Shown here piece by piece: positions 51,765-64,000 of a stretch of 64,000 bases of DNA. Position 1 is the first letter of the stretch. Each line of letters opens with the position of its first letter. A program made the position numbers and the translations under genes. Below the pieces are notes generated by a model, which was not told where the DNA came from, did not search any database, and worked only from the letters and a program-made list of their open reading frames with translations. Source of the stretch: Felis catus (Eukaryota); contig NC_058368.1 in assembly GCF_018350175.1 (NCBI RefSeq), forward strand, positions 218,242,001 through 218,306,000, read 5' to 3'.

Positions 51765-52196
51765 AATGACAGCAGAACAATGTTCCACCCAAAAACGCCC
51801 ATGTTCTAATGCCCCAAACCTGTGAATATGTTACTTTACTTGACAACATGGACTTTGCAGAGGTAATTAATTCAAAGGCCTTATGATGGGAATGTTATCC
51901 CGGATTATAAGAAGAAGGCAGGAAGATCAGAGTAGATATATAACCATGAAAGCAGAGGCTGAAGTGATGAGCTTTGAAACAGAGAAGGGGCTATAAGTCA
52001 AGAAGTTCAGGCAGGCTCTAAAAGCTGGAAAAGGCAAAGAAATGTATTCTTCCCTAGAACTTCCAGAAAACAAATGGAGCCCTGCTGATGCCTTTTAGAT
52101 ATCTGAAACCCAGGATGGTAAGATAATAAACTCGTGTTGTTTCAGGACACTAAGTGTGTGACCATTTGTTGTGGAAGCAGTAGGAAATGAATACAG
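51765..52196 (+). mobile_element. MaLR solo LTR (MLT1D-like)
   Basis: CCTGTGAATATGTTACTTTAC...GGACTTTGCAGAGGTAATTAA...AGCTGGAAAAGGCAAAGAAATG...GCAGTAGGAAATGAATACA. Confidence 0.9.
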
Positions 52197-52869
52197 CATC
52201 CTGACTGACAGTGTCTGAGGTCAGTCTTTGTAGAATGTTCCCCTATTGAATTGATCACAAACCCTGCTGACCCTGCTTTTCTTTAAGGCGTAAGTATTTA
52301 TACCGCTTCTCTTCACTCCTTTCTCTCATGTTCTATTACGTTCACTGCATTAAACATTTTCCACTATGTCTTCTTGTCTACTTCCTGCCACATCAGGAAT
52401 GTTAAAGTAATTATTTTCACATATATATATATATTTTCCTTTATAACCAAGACTTAATTTTCCTTTTTTTTTCTTGGAGGCCTTTCTATTTTTCTTTCCC
52501 TCATTAAATTTTATTAATTCTTTAAGACCCATCTCAGCAATCCAAGCAATCCATTGCTGACCCATGCCCAGCAATCATGGGCATGGGAGTCTTCCTTTGG
52601 GGCCGATTGACTTGTTAGTTACTAGTACAGTGTCTGACTCATCATAGATACATAGTACATCTTTTTAAATTATTTTTAAAATATTTACATCTTCTTTTAA
52701 ATGTGAATTAAAATTATTTTTAAGCTAAAATTTACTGGGAATTATACATACATAATATAGTAAAGAACAGAGTTACCTCTCTTTATACAGTAAATATATT
52801 TTAAACAAATGTACTATAACTGCTTTTCAAGTACAAATCTGGTGGCTTAACAGAATAATACTATGAGAT

Positions 52870-53382
52870 ATTTATTCAAACACTATTTGACATGTTCTGG
52901 CAATACTTTATACACTTAACTATCAACAATATGTAGGATCAAAATTATCTCCCTAAAAATAAGATAATATTTGCCATTTCTTTCTCATTTTCTAAACAGT
53001 GTATAGTGGTGTTTACTAAAGGCTACATGACATCAATATTCCAATGGATGAATATGGAAGCAGATTTAAGAATCCAGCTGTCTTCTAATTGTCAGTCATT
53101 AAGGAGATTGGGGGGAAAGGAATAAAATGTGCCTACTTTTCTCATTATTTTTATTGGATTGTAGATTATGGTTATTTTTCTTAAAACGCTATTTTGTCAG
53201 CATACAATGGGTTTATTACTGCAATTATAAACTGAACAAATAGCTTTAAGTTTTCTCAGTTTTAATTTCTAATACAACAAATGCTCACCTATATAACCCA
53301 TCTTAATAAAAACACTTTGGGGTTCTCAATAATTTTTAAGAATTCAAAGAACTTTTGAGACCCAAAAGCTTAAGAACTGATG
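52870..53382 (+). mobile_element. Charlie1-like hAT DNA transposon, 3' part
   Basis: GGCTACATGACAT...GAAGCAGATTTAAGAATCCAGCTGTCTTCTA...TTTGGGGTTCTCAATAATTTTTAAGA...TGAGACCCAAAAGCTTAAGAAC. Confidence 0.8.
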
Positions 53383-53417
53383 ACACATGTCAAAGCATAT
53401 ATGTAATACTACTGGAT

Positions 53418-53500
53418 CTAATCCTAGCTGCACATAAGAATCTCCTAGGGAGCTGTTAAAAAATAGCAATGTATAGGTTCCATCCACAAAACTTCTGTGA
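53418..53500. mobile_element. MER5A-like fragment
   Basis: TAATCCTAGCTGCACATAAGAATCTCCTAGGGAGCTGTTAAAAAATA. Confidence 0.6.
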
Positions 53501-54619
53501 GTCTTTGAAAATATTTATTTTCAATTACATATTTCTTGTTTGTATAAGCTAAATGCATTCAGTGGTTCTTCTACCTGTATGGAAATACTGAAAGTGGATA
53601 TATTTAGTGTGTATATTCCATTTTATTCAAACCATGCCAAATGCTTGCAGACCCTTTGAAAATATAAAATGTAGGGTAGAAAGATTTGCAAGAAAACTGA
53701 ATGTTGAAGAGAATGCATGGTTTAAACCCTGATGCTGGACAGAAATAACAACAAAAGTGACAAGAAAGGTAGATGACATAGAGAATTAATTCTGCATTCA
53801 GCACCTGAGGATAATTGAAATCACTGAGACTGAGTAATGACTTGACACAGTTTTTATGGGTAATGGTTGATAGATTGAATACATTTGCACAAGCTGGGGG
53901 ATTTTCCCCCTGGTAATATCTGTGATGTTTCTAAAATGGAAAAATCCTGAAGTCGCATCATCCATATTATTATCTGAAGACTCATACCACTTGAAAATAA
54001 AGTGTGGAATTCGACTTTAAGGATGATTTTTGTCTTGTATGGAGAATTAAAAATAATAACAAGTAAGAGATATAGCCCAAACAAGTGAATACTTTAAATA
54101 CTAATGATATTATATATCTGTTAATTTATCCCATTACTAGTACCTACATAGTAATTGCCTTTTTAGTATGCATTGATAATATTTATATTTGAGCTATGTT
54201 CACATTCCTCTTTATAAAATAGAGTCAAATAGGATTTTAAAATATTATTTTGCTAAGAATTATTCTCCAAACATCAAGTAATATAGTAATATAGTAATAA
54301 AGTTTAAGTTCAGATGTTAATAAAAGTAAGAGTTGTAAAACTTTTATGTCTTTTGGTATTTTACTAGCTTAACTTTAAACCATGGAGACTATCTTAAAAC
54401 TAGGTATTACTTTGTGTGCCTATTGACTATACACCATCAGAGTTAGTATTGCCAATGCAAATTTATGTTTGGATAATGTATAGTTTTGTGGTATGGGAAT
54501 CATGAAAAAATGAACATGAAAAATTATTTTAATCACCAGATCCATCTCTTCCTAAAAGGTGCATCTGCAATGCAGTTTATCTTTTAACAGTCATTAAAAA
54601 TGGCATAATGTTAGACTTA

Positions 54620-55255
54620 TGAAATTACAAAACTAGTATGGAGAGTTCCCATTAACATTTTATAGAATTTTGCTTTATTTTAACATTTTGCATAACCACA
54701 AAACATTTATCAAATTTAAGAAACCATTCTTAATACAGTACCAATAACTAAGATACAGAGCTTATTTGGATTCATCACATTTTCTATTAATGTCTTTTTT
54801 TTTTAAACCACTTTACTGAGGTAATTGGCATGTGAAAAAAGTCAACTGTATGAGTTTAGGGAAAATATATACCCATGAAGCCATCACTACAACCAAGGTC
54901 ATTGAGCTATCTATCACCTCCCAAAGTTTCCTCCTACCCACTTTTTATTATTTCTGTGTGTATGTGATAAGAACATTTAACATAAGATCTACTCCCTTAG
55001 CAAATTTTAAATGTACAATACAGTATTGTTAGCCCCAGGCAGTTTGCTGTGTAGTAGATCTCCAGAACTTAGGTATCTTGCGTAACTCAAATTTGGTACC
55101 CTTTGACCACTGACTCCACCATTCCCACCTTATCCTAGCTCCTGGAAACCACCATTCCATTCTCTGCTTCTGTGAGTTTAACTACTTTTAGATACCTCAT
55201 ATAAGTGGAATCACACAGTATTTGTCCTTTGTGACTAGCTTATTTCACTTACAAT
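54620..55255 (-). mobile_element. L1MC-like and L1MA-like 3' fragments
   Basis: AGTATGGAGAGTTCCCAT...TTATTTGGATTCATCAC; ATCTACTCCCTTAGCAAATTTTAAATGTACAATACAG...TTTTAGATACCTCATATAAGTGGAATCACACAGTATTTGTC. Confidence 0.8.
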
Positions 55256-55348
55256 GATATTCTCTGGGAAAACTGGGAACAGCCACAATGAAAGGGGTTT
55301 CAAGAGCAGATCCTGTGCTCACTGCTTTCAGCAGCTTTTATCAGTTAA

Positions 55349-55535
55349 ATTTTTTTTTTTTTTTTGAGAGAGAGAGCATGAGCAAGTATGTGAGGGAGGT
55401 AGGGGCAGAGGGAGACAGAGAATCTTAAGCAGGTTCCATGTCCAGCATGGAACCCGATCTCATGACCATTAAGATCATGACCTGCGTCAAAATCAAGTGT
55501 CAGTCGCTTAACTGGCTGAGCCACCCAATTGCCCC
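55349..55535 (-). mobile_element. Can-SINE
   Basis: Poly-T, GAGAATCTTAAGCAGGTTCC...CTGAGCCACCCAATTGCCCC. Confidence 0.93.
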
Positions 55536-55619
55536 AAGTTAATCCTACTAATAGCATTGTTTTTTGTTGTGTGTTATCATGCATCTGATCATTCCCTACC
55601 ATTCAACTTGCTGACATTG

Positions 55620-56430
55620 TATTTAAACACCCACAGCTTTTTACCAATCCTCTTTCCAGCTTTGCCAGAAGAATCTTTTAAAAGTAACTCAGTTCATTGA
55701 GTTTCAGCCCAAAACTCTCCAATACTTTCTAAATTCAAAGTAAATACCAAAGTCTTTTGAAAGGCCTGCTAACATTTCTTATAGCATCTGATCCCCCTTT
55801 ACCCTTAGCAACTAATACCTTGCTACATCTTAAAGATTTTTTTTAATGGTTATTTTTATTTTTAAGAGAGACAAAGCATGAGTGGGGCAGCGGCAGAGAG
55901 AGAGGGAGACACAGAATCCGAAGCAGGCTCCAGGCTCTGAGCTGTCAGCACAGAGCCCAACACGGGGCTTGAACTCACAAACTGTGAGATCGTGACCTGA
56001 GCCAAAGGCAGACACTCAACTGACTGAGACATCCAGGTGTCCCAATACTTGGCTACATCTTTATCTTTCTCTCCACTCTGGTCGTAGCAAGCCTCCGATG
56101 TGTCTCACAAACATGTTAGGTAAACTCCTATGTTAGTGCACTTAACAATGGTTATACCTTCTGCCTGTAAATCCTTCCTCTCATAGAAGCACAACCAGGT
56201 AATAATTCTTTCCAGTCATTTGTCAAATGAAACTTTCTCATTCAGGATTCTTAGAATATCTAAATTTTTTTCCTCCATTGTTTTAATCCTTACATGCTTA
56301 TCCTGTTTTATTTATGTCTTGTAATCATCCCTTATGTCATAGATTCATCTTTATTATGATGTGTATCCCTTAGTAGAATATAAACTTCATAAAGGAAATA
56401 TGCTTGGTTCATTTGGTTCCTTATGTTATG
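55620..56430 (+). mobile_element. L2 fragment interrupted by a SINE
   Basis: GCCAGAAGAATCTTTTAAAA...CAAAACTCTCCAAT...AAAGTCTTTTGAAAGGCCTG; TAGAATATAAACTTCATAAAGG. Confidence 0.6.
55836..56043 (-). mobile_element. Can-SINE
   Basis: SINE body; TSD AATACCTTGCTACATCTT/AATACTTGGCTACATCTT. Confidence 0.95.
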
Positions 56431-56456
56431 TATGGCTTTTTAAAAAGTGAGCCATG

Positions 56457-56689
56457 AGGGGCGCCTGGGTGGCGCAGTCGGTTAAGCGTCCGACTTCAGC
56501 CAGGTCACGATCTCGGGGTCCGTGAGTTCGAGCCTCGCGTCAGGCTCTGGGCTAATGGCTCAGAGCCTGGAGCCTGTTTCTGATTCTGTGTCTCCCTCTC
56601 TCTCTGCCCCTCCCCCGTTCCTGCTCTGTCTCTCTCTGTCCCAAAAATAAATAAACATTGAAAAAAAAATTTAAAAAAGAAAAAAAAAA
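56457..56689 (+). mobile_element. Young SINEC_Fc (Felis-type)
   Basis: GGGGCGCCTGGGTGGCGCAGTCGGTTAAGCGTCCGACTTCAGCCAGGTCACG; perfect TSD AAAAAGTGAGCCATGA. Confidence 0.97.
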
Positions 56690-57297
56690 GTGAGCCATGA
56701 ATGTTTTTTAACTAGATTAATTAAAAACATATTATAGTTACTACTTAATTATGAATTTGAACTATATTTTAAAATAAGAAATAACCTCTTTTATTTGGAG
56801 TAACAAAATGCATTTTGAAAATCATTAACTTTATTTTGAACTTTATCTTACTAATTACTTATGGACTAGAAAGTAAGGGTATGTTTCCCTATGCCTTTAA
56901 TTCCATAACCATTTTTCTATTTACAATAAAAGTCAAAGAAACATTTTTTTTGTGCCTTCCAAGAGAAGTTACTGTTTTCTCTAATTAATCCAGGTGTTTA
57001 GTTTAAGTGACTTTAATTAGATTACTCATGGGATAATCTTCAAATTATCATCATCATCAAACTATTTCTTAAGTTCCAAGGTTTTTAAATGTTTTGTTAG
57101 AAGTTAAAAGCCTGTGTGTGTTACTTGCTAAACTTTAAAATATGTAATTACTATTTTGTTAAAATACTTTAAAATATGTTCATTAACATATTTATTTTTA
57201 ACCATTTTGTAGAAAGAATGTTTAGATAATAAAAATAGGCTTTGTGGAGATGCCAAATATTATGTGGAAACATTGCTATAGTATCTCCACTCTAGTA

Positions 57298-57516
57298 GAA
57301 GGCTTGGCAAACTACTGACCATGGACCAAATCCAGTCTGCCACCTGTTTTTGTTAATAATATTTTTCTGGAACACAGCCAGACCCATCAGTTTTTGCATT
57401 GTCTATGGCTGCTTTTGTGTTTTAATAGTAGAGTTTGAGTCATTGCAATAGAGACATATGGCCTAAAAGCTGAAAATATTGACCCTATCTGACCCTTTAC
57501 AGATAAAGTTTGCCAA
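57298..57516 (+). mobile_element. MER58A (hAT-Charlie MITE)
   Basis: TTGGCAAACTAC...CCAAATCCAGTCTGCCACCTGTTTTTGT...GACCCTTTACAGATAAAGTTTGCCAA; TIRs TTGGCAAACT/AGTTTGCCAA. Confidence 0.9.
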
Positions 57517-58261
57517 GTGCTATACCACTAGATGATAAGGGTTAAATTGTATAAAATGGAAAGGAGTAAATCTCTATGATAACCTTGAAATTTCTGGAAC
57601 ATTCATAGTGGTTGTCACAAGCCATATTTGCAAATAGACTGAGACTCCCAAGAGAAATTAATATAGAGAGACATTAAAACTGGGAGTTATCCTGAATGCT
57701 GGATTATATTTTTTATCTAGAGTAGATCCAAATGCATTGAGTAGATCTCAATGTTGGGATAAAGAAATGAAGTAAAAATGGATTGTAACCGACAAAAATG
57801 TAAGGAGCAATATCACATTACATGGCCATTGCTTTGTGCCATGGTTTGCTATCTCCCAAGGAATGTAAACATAAGTTATTAAATATCCCTACACCACCAG
57901 TCCCAAATTTTCTTCAAAGTTTCTTTTCAAAGTAAACTAATACTTAAAAGCATTATGTGCCTAATAGAGAAATCTATTGAACATTATATTCATCCTCATT
58001 TTTAAGAATTATTTTTTAGCACTCAGAAAAATAATAACCCTGACAGTACTTGCTTAAAGACATACTGTGATTTTGGTCACTTTTTGTCTATAGGGGTGGT
58101 CAAAAGAAAGAAAACTACAGAATGAAGCAAAACAACAACAACAAAAATTGGAATAGCCATGCAATTGACTTTAGTAAAGTATGTGTTATCTAACACTCCT
58201 GGTGATAAATAGAAGAGTGTGAAAGGCACAGACTATCAAAATGTTACTCTGTAAACATACT

Positions 58262-58782
58262 ACTTACCCCTTTATAACAAATCACCATAAGATGTATGGC
58301 TGTAAACCAATAATAATCTTTTATTAAGATTATTAATCTTAATAATCTGTAACTTTGGATCTGTAACTTTGGCAGACATTGGTGGGGAAAAGGACCTTCA
58401 CTACTCCATGTATCACCTGGAGTTGTTCAAAGGACAGCAGGGGTACAGAGTTATTTGAATGCTCACTCACCCACATGTCTGATGGTTTGGCATTGCCTCT
58501 TGGCTGGTGCCTCCCAAAAGGGTTGTCAGCAAGAACATCTCCATGTAGCTGCTTGGCTTCCTCACGGTGTGATGATTTGGTTCCAAAACTGAGCATTCTG
58601 AGAGAGAACCAGGAAAAGCTACATTGTCTTTTAGCCTCAACAATCATATTTTATCTCTACTGACATAGCGCAATAGGAAGGTACGTATCGTCTACCATTT
58701 AGTAGTAGAGTGTCAATGTTCTAAAAAGAACATAGAGAGCTGGAGATGTTGTTTTGATCATTTTTGGAATATAATCTGACAC
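58262..58782 (-). mobile_element. MaLR LTR (MLT1G/H-like)
   Basis: ATAACAAATCACC...GCTCACTCACCCACATGTCTG...GCTTGGCTTCCTCACGG...TTTTGGAATATAATCTGACAC. Confidence 0.7.
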
Positions 58783-61599
58783 TTGGAGGGTTAAACATTA
58801 TTTTAAGTGTTATTTAGGCCACCACTTGTATCCAAATCTTGTTTACATAAGAAAAATTGACTATACCTTACACTATATTGCATCTTATAAAAAATAATTG
58901 TTGGAAAAAAAGACACGAAACAACCCATGCTAGAGTACCAAAAGTGTTCTAGGCATCAACTTAATTTCTTTTACTAAATTATAGTAGTCACTCAACGAAC
59001 AGATAAAAAATAAAATGATTCAGAGAGCTTCGTTGCTGATTTTCACACACCATAACCAATGAATGGTTGTTACAAAGGTAAGTAGAAACAAAAGGAGTCA
59101 TAGTGTATAAGTTCTTTTGTAGTTGGTGAGGATATGACTCACGATTAGCAAATGACTGGCTGCACAAAGGCATATCTCAGTAGCATTGGTACATGTTCTC
59201 CTGGCCTTCAATCCTTAATAAAGAGTTCAAGATGCCAAAGATATTGTTAGATTGGGGTTCATAAAGGATGATTCTTTTTTGCATTTCATGAATGTTTTAT
59301 GTCTTTTAGTCCCTGCCAATGGATGCTGGCCACCATCAGGGATATGCAAGTGAGTGTTAATAGGCTCTTCATATTCCTGAGTACTTAGGGAGAAACTAGG
59401 TGAATCAAAGGTCAAGATTCCTTTGTATTAGCTCCCTACTAGGTCAGAGGTTGCTGAAGTTTATTGTTGTGCTACAAACACCACAAAACATTACAAACAT
59501 AAATTGATTAAATATTTTTAAAATTTCTGCTCAATTTTAGATAAAAACCTCAGGAAAATGAAAGAATGGACATAGGAGATATGATGAAGCAGGAACTGTT
59601 GATGCTTATCATTTTTCATTTGAAACACCAAATCACATAGTGACCTCATGTCCAAAAGCAGGCAGGAGAGGGATTGTATTTTGGAAAGAAAGCATGGTAC
59701 AGTGTTTTACATGTTCTCTATTATTTGTAGCAAAGTAGGAAAATCAGTAAAGAGATTGACTTGGCTAATAAACACACACACGATACTTGAAGCACTAAGG
59801 ACGTGTGAGATTACTCTGGTGTCAACACACATCATCAGCTCCTCAGTTCCACTAAGATAGAATATGCCTGTTTTTTTCCCCAATATTCTAGTTAATTTTA
59901 CCAAAACCTAGTCATGAAAAGCTGATTTTGATCAACATCATAATTTACCATATGTTAACAGGATATCTTCTCTTCTCTGCAGTTGTGTGCTGATCAAGTC
60001 CTTGAGCATATCTGAAAACCTTGGGAATCATTCTGTCTCTACTATCATAAAGAATTAAAATGGAATATTTTCCCAAGAAAACGAGGAACATCATGGAGAA
60101 AGCTTTAAAAAAATGAAATATTGGAACAGAAGAGTCACACTGTTGAATATCTGGTTTGTACATATTAGGGTAGAGAGGAGTGGGTGAAGATACTGAATGT
60201 TATGAGTATATGGAAGCAGAATAGTGTTTACTATGTGCTTTGGCAGCCAACATTTTCTATTTATACTACGTATTCTGTAAATCATTATTATGGCCAGCAA
60301 TACATAACACACAAATTTGAGGAAGGGAGGTCTTTGCCCTGATATACCAAATAAAAAAAAAATTAGTCCTGAAAATGAAATCTTTCTCTGAAAACAGAAG
60401 TTTTCATGTACTGTCAACCATGTTATTTTTTTTCTGGGAACACAGAGTATATATCTAGGTCTGAATATAAATGTAAATTAAATATACATTGAATTGTAAA
60501 TAGTTGAAATAACATAAAAGATTGCCAGTTAAAAGCAGAGAAATTGTATGATTAATTTGCTGTTGCTTGAATGATCTTTTGTACCTGAATTGTAAGTACA
60601 GTAACTTGGACATATTGACAGAGTATTAACTCCATTTGTGCTGGAGGCAGTACATATTAAAATATTTGTTCTACTTACTTTTCAATGTCATGCTCATATC
60701 CTTAATAACTAAAAGGATATTTGTTGTATCCAAATATTTATGTATTTGTTGGAAGTTTTGTTTATCTAGGTATGTGAATTGCTAATTTTGATAGATAAGG
60801 AACTGAGAACTGATTCAATTGTGCAAATATTCAGAATTTTTATTAGGGTGCCAAGTATAATAAACTATATGTCTACATTTTTTTATCTGTTCCTGAGGAG
60901 GAGATGATTTTAAAAAATGGACTGTCACTAAATATTTCAGTTTATCTCCATGGATCTCAATGAAATCAAATCATGTAATAAAGGCTGAAACTTCATCTAG
61001 CAGCATAATATGCTCCTGTCACCCTTTATTAACATGACAAGGTTTAAACCATAATTCATGTTTACAGGTTTGTTTCTCATTATTCATAGGTATTCTTTTG
61101 TCCTTAAGATTTCTAACTCAGAAATGATACTCAAAATTTAGGACAGTCTGTAAATCTCTGACAATTACACCCAAAGTATAATTTGTTTCCTGTTGAATAA
61201 TTTACATTTATAGGAAAAAACCTTGCATTTCTTCCAAATGCTGATTTTTTGGAAGTATTTTATACATACTATATATTATGCACATATAATATATAGTACA
61301 TTATATGTTGTATATTATAAATAGATATCTAGAAATAAAGCAAAATGTCACTACATTAACACAGCTATTTTACCTTGGGAAATGAATATTAAAAACATAA
61401 ACTTATTTATAATAATGACAATTTAATATTCATCTTTTATATGCTACATTTTAGATTTTCCTAAGAATATTCAGGATAGTTAAGTTCTTGGTTTGAATTA
61501 TTTGGGGGTTAGCAGTCATATTCCCAAGAAAAATTCCAATGAATCAACTTGATATAATTGAAATAAAGTAGTTTTGTTTTTATTTAGATATACAAACTT

Positions 61600-62420
61600 T
61601 AAGACGATCTGAAGGAAGACTGATCAATTTATCATAAATTTCTTAGGAATAAAAGTATACTAATGAAAACCTTGTAAAAAGAAACATAGTGGGTGTGACC
61701 AACCTGGTCAAATATTAAAATATATGTTAAAGCCTCAGAGATTAAAAACATGTGCCACTACTACAGCGTAACTAAATAGATGAACAATGAAATAAAATAG
61801 AAAGTCCAGAAATTGACTTAAATGTATGTGGAAAGTTAATGATAAAATAGCATCCCAAATCAGTGGTCAGCTATGCAGAAAACTCTAAAGATCTTATTAA
61901 AATTCTATTAGAAATAAGAAGTGAGATAAGCAATGCTATGGGGTGCAAAATCAATATATTATTTATAAAAAACTGTGAATAAAAGCCTTTCTTTCCACCT
62001 TCCTTTCTAATCATTGGGATCCTATAGTCATTCTTCCCATCTAATTTCATTGGCTGGGCTCTCCAATACAACGTGGAATAAAAGCAATGAGAGGAGATAT
62101 CCTTGTTTTGTTCCTGAGCTCAAAAGAAACCATTCAGTCTTTAGTATTAAATATAATCTTAGCTTTAGTATTTTTTTCTGTAAATGTATTTAATCATGTT
62201 AAGGAAGTTCTCTTCTCTTTGTAATAATACTAATAATTGAGAGTTTCATCTTTCACATGATTTTTCTTCATGTATTCAGATAATAGAATGTTTTTAAAAG
62301 TCCCTTTATGTTGTGAATTACCACGATTAATTATTGAATATTAAATCCTGTACTGCTTGAATGAACAGCACTTAGTCACAATATATTTTAATCTTTATAT
62401 TTTACTGCATTCAATGTATC
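61600..62420. mobile_element. Old L1M ORF2 fragments (plus strand to about 61870, minus strand 62030-62420)
   Basis: AAATAGAAAGTCCAGAAATTGACTTAAATG; GGAGATATCCTTGTTTTGTTCCTGAGCTC...CATTCAGTCTTT. Confidence 0.65.
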
Positions 62421-63478
62421 CAGCAGCATAATTCATGGGACCCAGTGCAAAATGAAAACATTTGGCCTCTTCTTCAAAAATGCAGGAAAAGTGTGCCTTT
62501 AAAAGTACTAAGCAACACAGCTTTTCCTTTTCTTCCGCATCTCTCTCAATATACTTATCATTGTGTTTTTTCCTTTGTTCTTTAATATTGTCCTACATAA
62601 AGAAACTTTAAAAATTGAAATCATTCGCAAGATGTTTATCATCACACCTATATTGTGCAATACCAGTTTTAAACGAAAACACATGAGCACTTAACTCTAA
62701 TGCAGAATCATCAAAATTGCACATTTCATATTTTGTGGTTCTTATATATATATGCATTTCATTCTTGACATAAAAAAATGAAAACACTACAGAAATCTAC
62801 CTCAACTATAGCTACTCTTGATGTAGCACATACTCCCAACAGTCTCTACATTTGGCTTAATGGTGGATATGAATGGAATGAAAGGAAAACCAAACCAAAA
62901 ACAAACAAACAAACAAATAAATAAATAAATAAAATAAAATAAAATAAAATAAAATAAAACTATGGTTGCTCTATTTTTCCCTTCATTTTTATGTCATGAT
63001 ATTTAGCATAAGTGGTTGGTCAACACAGAAAAGTTTATATGGAAAGTGTAGCCTCTTAGGGCTATCAGTGACCTGGGTTATTCAGTCCTGGCTATTGATG
63101 AAATGAACACAGAATTCCCAGGGCCCCCAAAGCATACTAGTTCAGCAAGATTCAAAGTGCACACAAGATGAGCTACAATAAAAGCTTACCTCATATTCTC
63201 CTTGATTCTCACTGAACTACTCTGCGTTTTGGATTCATCAGAATCTGGTGCTTACTGGATATACAATGGGGTCATCAAAAAAGTGGGACATGCATATCGT
63301 GTGTATCTCCTCTGCTCACATGCAAGCTCAATGGTCATTTCAGACTTTGCTTGCAAAACAATTTCAAAAAGGAAATGATTAAGAATTTCAGGATGGTGGT
63401 ATCAGAGCATTAAAGAGTATGATGAATATTGGGTTCTGTGCATCTGTACAAGTCATAGGCCTATGATGTTTATCCTTT
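62420..63478 (-). mobile_element. MER45B-like hAT-Tip100 non-autonomous element
   Basis: GCATAATTCATGGGACCCAGTGCAAAATGAAAA at one end and ATTAAGAATTTCAGGATGGTGG...CAGAGCATTAAA at the other; about 1.05 kb. Confidence 0.75.
62886..62959 (+). repeat. Compound A-rich microsatellite (AAAC)n(AAAT)n(AAAAT)n
   Basis: Directly visible. Confidence 0.95.
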
Positions 63479-63502
63479 TATATATGTGATACACATGTTC
63501 AT

Positions 63503-64000
63503 GTTCTGCAAGCTTAAATTGTATTAAAAAGAGAAAATGAGCATTTACAGACTTTGTCCCTCTCTGTGGGAAATCAAATAGCTATGTCCTGGTTAAGGAG
63601 ATTATAGGGAACACATTACACTGCTTTCTGGCCATGCTAAAAATAGCTGGCCAGTACCTAGTTAATGCATATTTAGGGGCTGGGTCCTGCCTGTGTGGAT
63701 GATTTCCTTAGACCATGTTATCTATGGAATATTTTATCTTGTTCTCCACCCTGCTTTCAGCATCTGCTCTTTTGTAGTCTTGGGAATGCCTTGTTTTATT
63801 GCATGCTTTCTATACATTCTTACTGGCATGTAGCCAGTGACATATTGTGCATATTTTCCCTATAATGTATGCCTAATAAATATGGGAAATTGAGAGGATC
63901 TCGGGGAGACTTCCCTTAGCCTCCTGCTCACCTCTCCTGATTTGCATGGAGTCTTGAGTAATCCTTTCTGCAGTCCTTGGCTTTGCTGGACAAAGCCAAA
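63503..64000 (+). mobile_element. Probable LTR (ERVL MER74/MER73-like), may continue past the window end
   Basis: TG start (TGTTCTG), AATAAA at about 63875, composition shift from the flank; subfamily uncertain. Confidence 0.45.

Noticed and set aside
3307..56015. Many 60-110 aa ORFs containing AQSLEPASDSVSPSL, GRGREREGDTES or GAWVAQSVK
   Set aside because: All are translations of Can-SINE sequence, not genes

Overview
This is mammalian genomic DNA from a felid (domestic cat or a close relative), judged from the many Can-SINEs, including young Felis-type SINEC_Fc copies. The window is AT-rich, CpG-poor and dense in interspersed repeats. I see no convincing protein-coding exon, RNA gene or CRISPR array, so it is probably intergenic or deep intronic. 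It holds about 25 Can-SINEs, fragments of L1, L2 and MIR, several MaLR and ERVL LTRs, and a near full-length Tigger1. It also holds Charlie1, MER58A, MER5A and MER45-type DNA transposons. The two largest fossils are a heavily deleted class I (gamma-like, HERV-W/ERV9-type pol) provirus at 2215-4845 and an old frameshifted hAT-Tip100-type transposase at about 5.5-9.3 kb that is not recognisable in the ORF track. I found no evidence for a new functional biological system. The noteworthy observations are structural oddities of mobile elements, a few hairpin-centred micro-rearrangements, and weak candidate regulatory or splice signals. Repeat subfamily names come from recalled consensus sequences and need RepeatMasker/Dfam confirmation, and most boundaries are approximate.
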